Shown here piece by piece: positions 63,991-64,000 of a stretch of DNA of 64,000 nucleotides. Origin of the DNA: Lama guanicoe (Eukaryota). Location of the stretch: positions 212,773 to 276,772 of the forward strand of contig MU054122.1 in NCBI GenBank assembly GCA_013239625.1. The letters run 5' to 3'. The translations under genes and the position numbers were made by a program. Numbering within the stretch: position 1 is the first letter of the stretch; each line of letters starts with the position of its first letter. The notes beneath the pieces are model-generated. The model saw only the letters and a list, made by a program, of their open reading frames with translations. It made no database searches and was not told the origin of the DNA.

Positions 63991-64000
63991 ATTGGTTATA

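Noticed and set aside
3273..64000. Exons of ST8SIA6, the downstream neighbour of VIM in human
   Set aside because: No sialyltransferase motifs recognised in this window.
1..64000. CRISPR array or prokaryotic operon/defence system
   Set aside because: The DNA is mammalian (spliceosomal introns, L1, SINEs) and shows no regularly spaced repeats.

Overview
Mammalian genomic DNA, probably a camelid (inferred from two Vic-1-like tRNA-derived SINEs and a zeta-crystallin that resembles the llama protein as I recall it). Bases 1-3272 hold the last five coding exons and 3'UTR of vimentin (VIM, + strand), with two unusual Arg->Cys codons in coil 2B. The rest is repeat-rich intergenic DNA (L1, ERVL/MaLR LTRs, Tigger, SINEs, microsatellites). 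It contains up to four mRNA-derived insertions, all on + and all nested in old L1 sequence: an unidentified 3'UTR-like fragment, a CRYZ retrocopy with an uninterrupted 323-codon ORF, a RO60/TROVE2 retrocopy with an internal deletion, and an ARID1B retrocopy that appears to record a short isoform with an alternative last exon and no ARID domain. Repeat subfamily names and comparisons with reference proteins come from memory and were not searched.
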